Assembly: GCA_965198175.1 (NCBI GenBank)
Contig: OZ240245.1
Coordinates: forward strand, 3,648,001-3,712,000
Direction of reading: 5' to 3'
From: Candidatus Poribacteria bacterium
GTDB lineage: Bacteria; Poribacteria; WGA-4E; PCPOR2b
Length of the DNA stretch: 64,000 nt
This document shows positions 60,948 through 64,000 of this stretch, piece after piece; within the stretch, counting starts at the first letter, position 1, and each line of letters begins with the position of its first letter. The position numbers and the translations under genes were made by a program. The notes below the pieces were generated by a model, which was not told the DNA's origin, did not search any database, and saw only the letters and a program-made list of their open reading frames with translations.

Positions 60948-61916
60948 TTGGAAAACACAAGAATAGTTTGTACAGGTCCCATTGAAAATATCGCAGTTGA
61001 AATCTTGAGCCCATTCGGCGAAGTCATTATTGCTTCAGCTTTTGAAGAGGAAGTGTTACTGCCGCTTCTAGATAGAGCAATCGGCCTAGTGGTCCGGGGT
61101 GTTGAGGGAAGCGTGAGCGCTCGCGTCATTAATGCAGCTACGGATTTAAAGGTAATCGGTCGCTCCGGTGTAGGATATGACAATGTAGACATCAAAGCCG
61201 CTACCGCGCGTAAAATTCCAGTGGTTTACACACCTGGAGTCAACGCACGCGCGATAGCGGAGGCAGCGGTCGCCCTAATTTTCACGTTGTGTAAGAAGGT
61301 AGTCTTTTGGGACCAACAGCTAAAACTTGGCAACTGGAACAGCCGGTTCCAACACCAACCAGGTGACTTGGATGGCGCTACGTTGGGCATTATCGGCTTC
61401 GGACGAATCGGACAAATGCTGGCGGAGTTGATTCGGCCATTTAATGTAACGATTCTAGCGTACGATCCCTATGTATCGAACGAACGAGCGAAGCAGCTTG
61501 AAACAGAACTTGTTGATCTTGAAGCTTTATTGGAGCGGTCAGACTTCATCTCTATCCATGCTGTCCTGACCGATGAAACACAAGGACTAATTGACCGTGA
61601 TCGGATGCGACAGATTAAACCAGGCGCTTACATTGTTAACCTGGCGCGGGGTGGACTCATTGAAAGTCTAGATGTGCTTTATGAAGCCTTGGAATCGGGG
61701 AAATTAGGAGGTGTTGGACTAGACGTTTTCCAACCGGAACCCCCAGACGTCAGTCATCCCATCTTTCAATCGCCCAACTGCGTGACATCGCCTCATGCGT
61801 TGGGATTGACGCCGCAGGCGATGACGAAAATCTTCGAGAGCATGGCTAACGATATGGCGGCAGTGTTCAATGGAAAGTCCCCACGGCATGTTGTAAACCC
61901 GGAAGTTTTTTCTTAG
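60948..61916 (+). CDS. D-isomer-specific 2-hydroxyacid dehydrogenase (SerA-like catalytic core)
   Basis: Motifs GVGYDNVD, GFGRIG, NLARG, GLDVF..EP, SPH. Confidence 0.9.
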   Translation: MENTRIVCTGPIENIAVEILSPFGEVIIASAFEEEVLLPLLDRAIGLVVRGVEGSVSARVINAATDLKVIGRSGVGYDNVDIKAATARKIPVVYTPGVNARAIAEAAVALIFTLCKKVVFWDQQLKLGNWNSRFQHQPGDLDGATLGIIGFGRIGQMLAELIRPFNVTILAYDPYVSNERAKQLETELVDLEALLERSDFISIHAVLTDETQGLIDRDRMRQIKPGAYIVNLARGGLIESLDVLYEALESGKLGGVGLDVFQPEPPDVSHPIFQSPNCVTSPHALGLTPQAMTKIFESMANDMAAVFNGKSPRHVVNPEVFS

Positions 61917-61982
61917 AATGGGGTATCGATTGTGAATAGTGGATACCATCCTCGCTTTGGACAAATTTATTGAGGCTACAGC

Positions 61983-63911
61983 ATGAATAGCTCTTCTGAA
62001 TTCGAGAAGAAAAGCGCTAGCGGTCTTACCCTCCGCGTATTAATCATCGGGCTTCTGCTTGTTATCATCAACTCGTATTGGATCAATCTCTTCATTCCCT
62101 TCTATGGCGGCATCCTGCACAGTTATATGTCGCTCTTCTCGAACACCGTCTTCACCTTGCTAGTCATTCTTCTCCTTAACCCCCTGCTGGCACGTATACG
62201 CCCTCACTATGCCCTGCATGGATCGGAAGCGCTGGCGATATATATCATGCTGATTATGGTTTCTACTGTAGGCGGCGCGCCGCACCTGAGCTATCTGGCT
62301 TATATGCTACCCCATCCGTTTTGGTTCGCCTCATCAGAAAATGACTGGGATAACCTTTTTCTAGGTCACATTCCCGACTGGATGACGGTGCAGAATACAC
62401 AAGTGTTGAGAGGATTTTATGAGGGGGATTCGTCGTTTTGGATGTCGCAGAACTTCAACAGTTGGCTGGTTCCGCTGCTAACCTGGTCTATTTTCATGTT
62501 GGTTCTCTATTTTGTACTGATGTGCATGAACACTATTCTGAGAAAGCAGTTCACCGACTATGAACGACTGACGTATCCGATCACCTGGTTACCGCTGGAA
62601 ATGGGGAGAAAACCAGCCAGCTTCTTCGCGAACAAGTTGATGTGGATTGGGTTTGGCATCGCGGCAGGTGGCGGTTTGCTAAACGGCTTGAGTCATCTGT
62701 ATCCCGCACTTCCTTCGCTGCCGATTCGAGCGCTGGACAACCGAATCACCCACCTATTCCTCGAACGGCCCTGGAACGCTGTTGGAACAATGCTGATAGC
62801 GCTTCACCCTTTCGCTATTGGCCTCTCCTTTTTTATGCCCTTGGACCTGGCATTCTCGTCATTGTTTTTCTTTTTCTTTGGAAAAGCTGTGCTCGTGCTA
62901 AGAAGTGCAATGGGACTGCAGATGAATCTTTATCTCGATGAGCAGTCAGAAGGGGCATGGATCGGGTTAGGTCTTCTCGCGTTATGGGTGGGGCGCAGGC
63001 ACTTGAAACAGGTGTTCACCGTAGCCGCGACAGGAAAGGGGGAAATTGACGATTCAAAGGAGCCCATGACATATAAATGGGCTATATTCGGAATCGTCGG
63101 GGGAGTACTTTTCCTTATATTCTTTGCTGCAAAAGCGGGACTCTCCCTTTGGGTGTTTCTTCTGTTTATCGCAGTTTACTTCTTGATGGCAATCAGCCTG
63201 ACAAAAGTTAGAGCAGGTCTCGGTCCGCCCATGCACGAGGTCATATTCAAAGATCCGGCAACAACTATGGTTTCCGCACTGGGAACGAGGACGATTGGCG
63301 CAAAGAACTTAACCCTCATGTCGTTCCTTTACTGGCTAAACCGAGTCAACACGTCGCATCCAATGCCTAACCAGCTTGAAGCCTTCCGAATCAGTGAACA
63401 AGCGCAGTTAAACAGTCGAAAACTAACCGTTGTAATGCTAGCTTCGCTTGCTGTTAGCATCATTGTAACTTGGACGGTCTATTTTTCCCACGCGTATGAG
63501 CGTGGTGCCGGTTTGGGTGGAGGGGGTATTGCATGGGAATGCTTTAATCGCCTGCAACGCTGGCTGAATTCTCCGACTGAATACAACTATCCCGCGATAA
63601 TCGCTATGGGAACTGGGTTCGGGGTCACCCTTTTGCTGTCCGCGATGAAGCTTCGTTTTCTATGGTGGCCCTTTCATCCGATAGGGTATGTAATCGGGAC
63701 CGGCAGGTGGGGCGACTTGTCCTTCATCTGGTTTCCAATGCTTCTCTGTTGGGCGCTCAAGTTGGGAATTCTACGGTATGGTGGGTTGCAAGCCTATCGA
63801 AAGGCGATTCCCTTTTTTGCGGGCTTGATTCTCGGAGATTATTCTATGGCTTGTCTCTGGGGCATCATTGGTTGGGCGCTTAAAAGGCAGATGTATCAGA
63901 TTTGGGTTTAA
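61983..63911 (+). CDS. Polytopic membrane protein (DUF6785/DUF6784-like), paralog of 11335-13263
   Basis: 642 aa; shared motifs as listed for the first copy. Confidence 0.75.
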   Translation: MNSSSEFEKKSASGLTLRVLIIGLLLVIINSYWINLFIPFYGGILHSYMSLFSNTVFTLLVILLLNPLLARIRPHYALHGSEALAIYIMLIMVSTVGGAPHLSYLAYMLPHPFWFASSENDWDNLFLGHIPDWMTVQNTQVLRGFYEGDSSFWMSQNFNSWLVPLLTWSIFMLVLYFVLMCMNTILRKQFTDYERLTYPITWLPLEMGRKPASFFANKLMWIGFGIAAGGGLLNGLSHLYPALPSLPIRALDNRITHLFLERPWNAVGTMLIALHPFAIGLSFFMPLDLAFSSLFFFFFGKAVLVLRSAMGLQMNLYLDEQSEGAWIGLGLLALWVGRRHLKQVFTVAATGKGEIDDSKEPMTYKWAIFGIVGGVLFLIFFAAKAGLSLWVFLLFIAVYFLMAISLTKVRAGLGPPMHEVIFKDPATTMVSALGTRTIGAKNLTLMSFLYWLNRVNTSHPMPNQLEAFRISEQAQLNSRKLTVVMLASLAVSIIVTWTVYFSHAYERGAGLGGGGIAWECFNRLQRWLNSPTEYNYPAIIAMGTGFGVTLLLSAMKLRFLWWPFHPIGYVIGTGRWGDLSFIWFPMLLCWALKLGILRYGGLQAYRKAIPFFAGLILGDYSMACLWGIIGWALKRQMYQIWV

Positions 63912-64000
63912 TAGACAATTCTTTGTTCGCTTGACACTGCTCCACATTTGGGAAATGTTTTATTTTTTTGCACGAAAAAACCGTCCGGACTCAATTTCGC

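Noticed and set aside
1..64000. tRNA, rRNA, cas, integrase or transposase genes
   Set aside because: None recognised by eye; very divergent members cannot be excluded without HMM or covariance-model searches.

Overview
Bacterial chromosomal window of moderate GC. The gene content (two 642-aa DUF6785-like membrane paralogs, ASPIC/UnbV-FG-GAP, FGE-domain, TPR proteins, a YWTD remnant) is suggestive of Candidatus Poribacteria; this is inference only. Most of the window is housekeeping or metabolic: a sulfite/nitrite reductase-TusA fusion, aldo-keto reductase, nucleoside hydrolase, GTP-PEPCK, a TRAP/TPAT transporter, MATE, a LolA-like/ABC operon, a PyrR-attenuated HD-pyrR-pyrC-carA-carB operon, GAPDH and rsmB. 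There are two accessory regions. (1) 1-6.5 kb: all minus-strand genes, with attC-like sites separating a decayed phosphotransferase, a frameshifted MazG and a HEPN/AbiU2-like gene (a probable integrase-less cassette remnant), plus a DNA-methyltransferase fragment and a toxin-antitoxin pair. (2) 25.5-32.2 kb, the most interesting part: a cas-less CRISPR-derived locus in which a 37-bp repeat (GTTGCACTCTTTGACGCGATTACAAGCGGACTGAAAG) occurs as a leader-proximal solitary repeat and as two single-spacer mini-arrays, interleaved with small ORFs. It is preceded by a promoter-driven ~80-nt RNA predicted to fold into a three-way junction with a perfect 6-bp pseudoknot, and followed by a promoter-boxA-hairpin-terminator leader. 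All calls were made by eye; no database searches were run.
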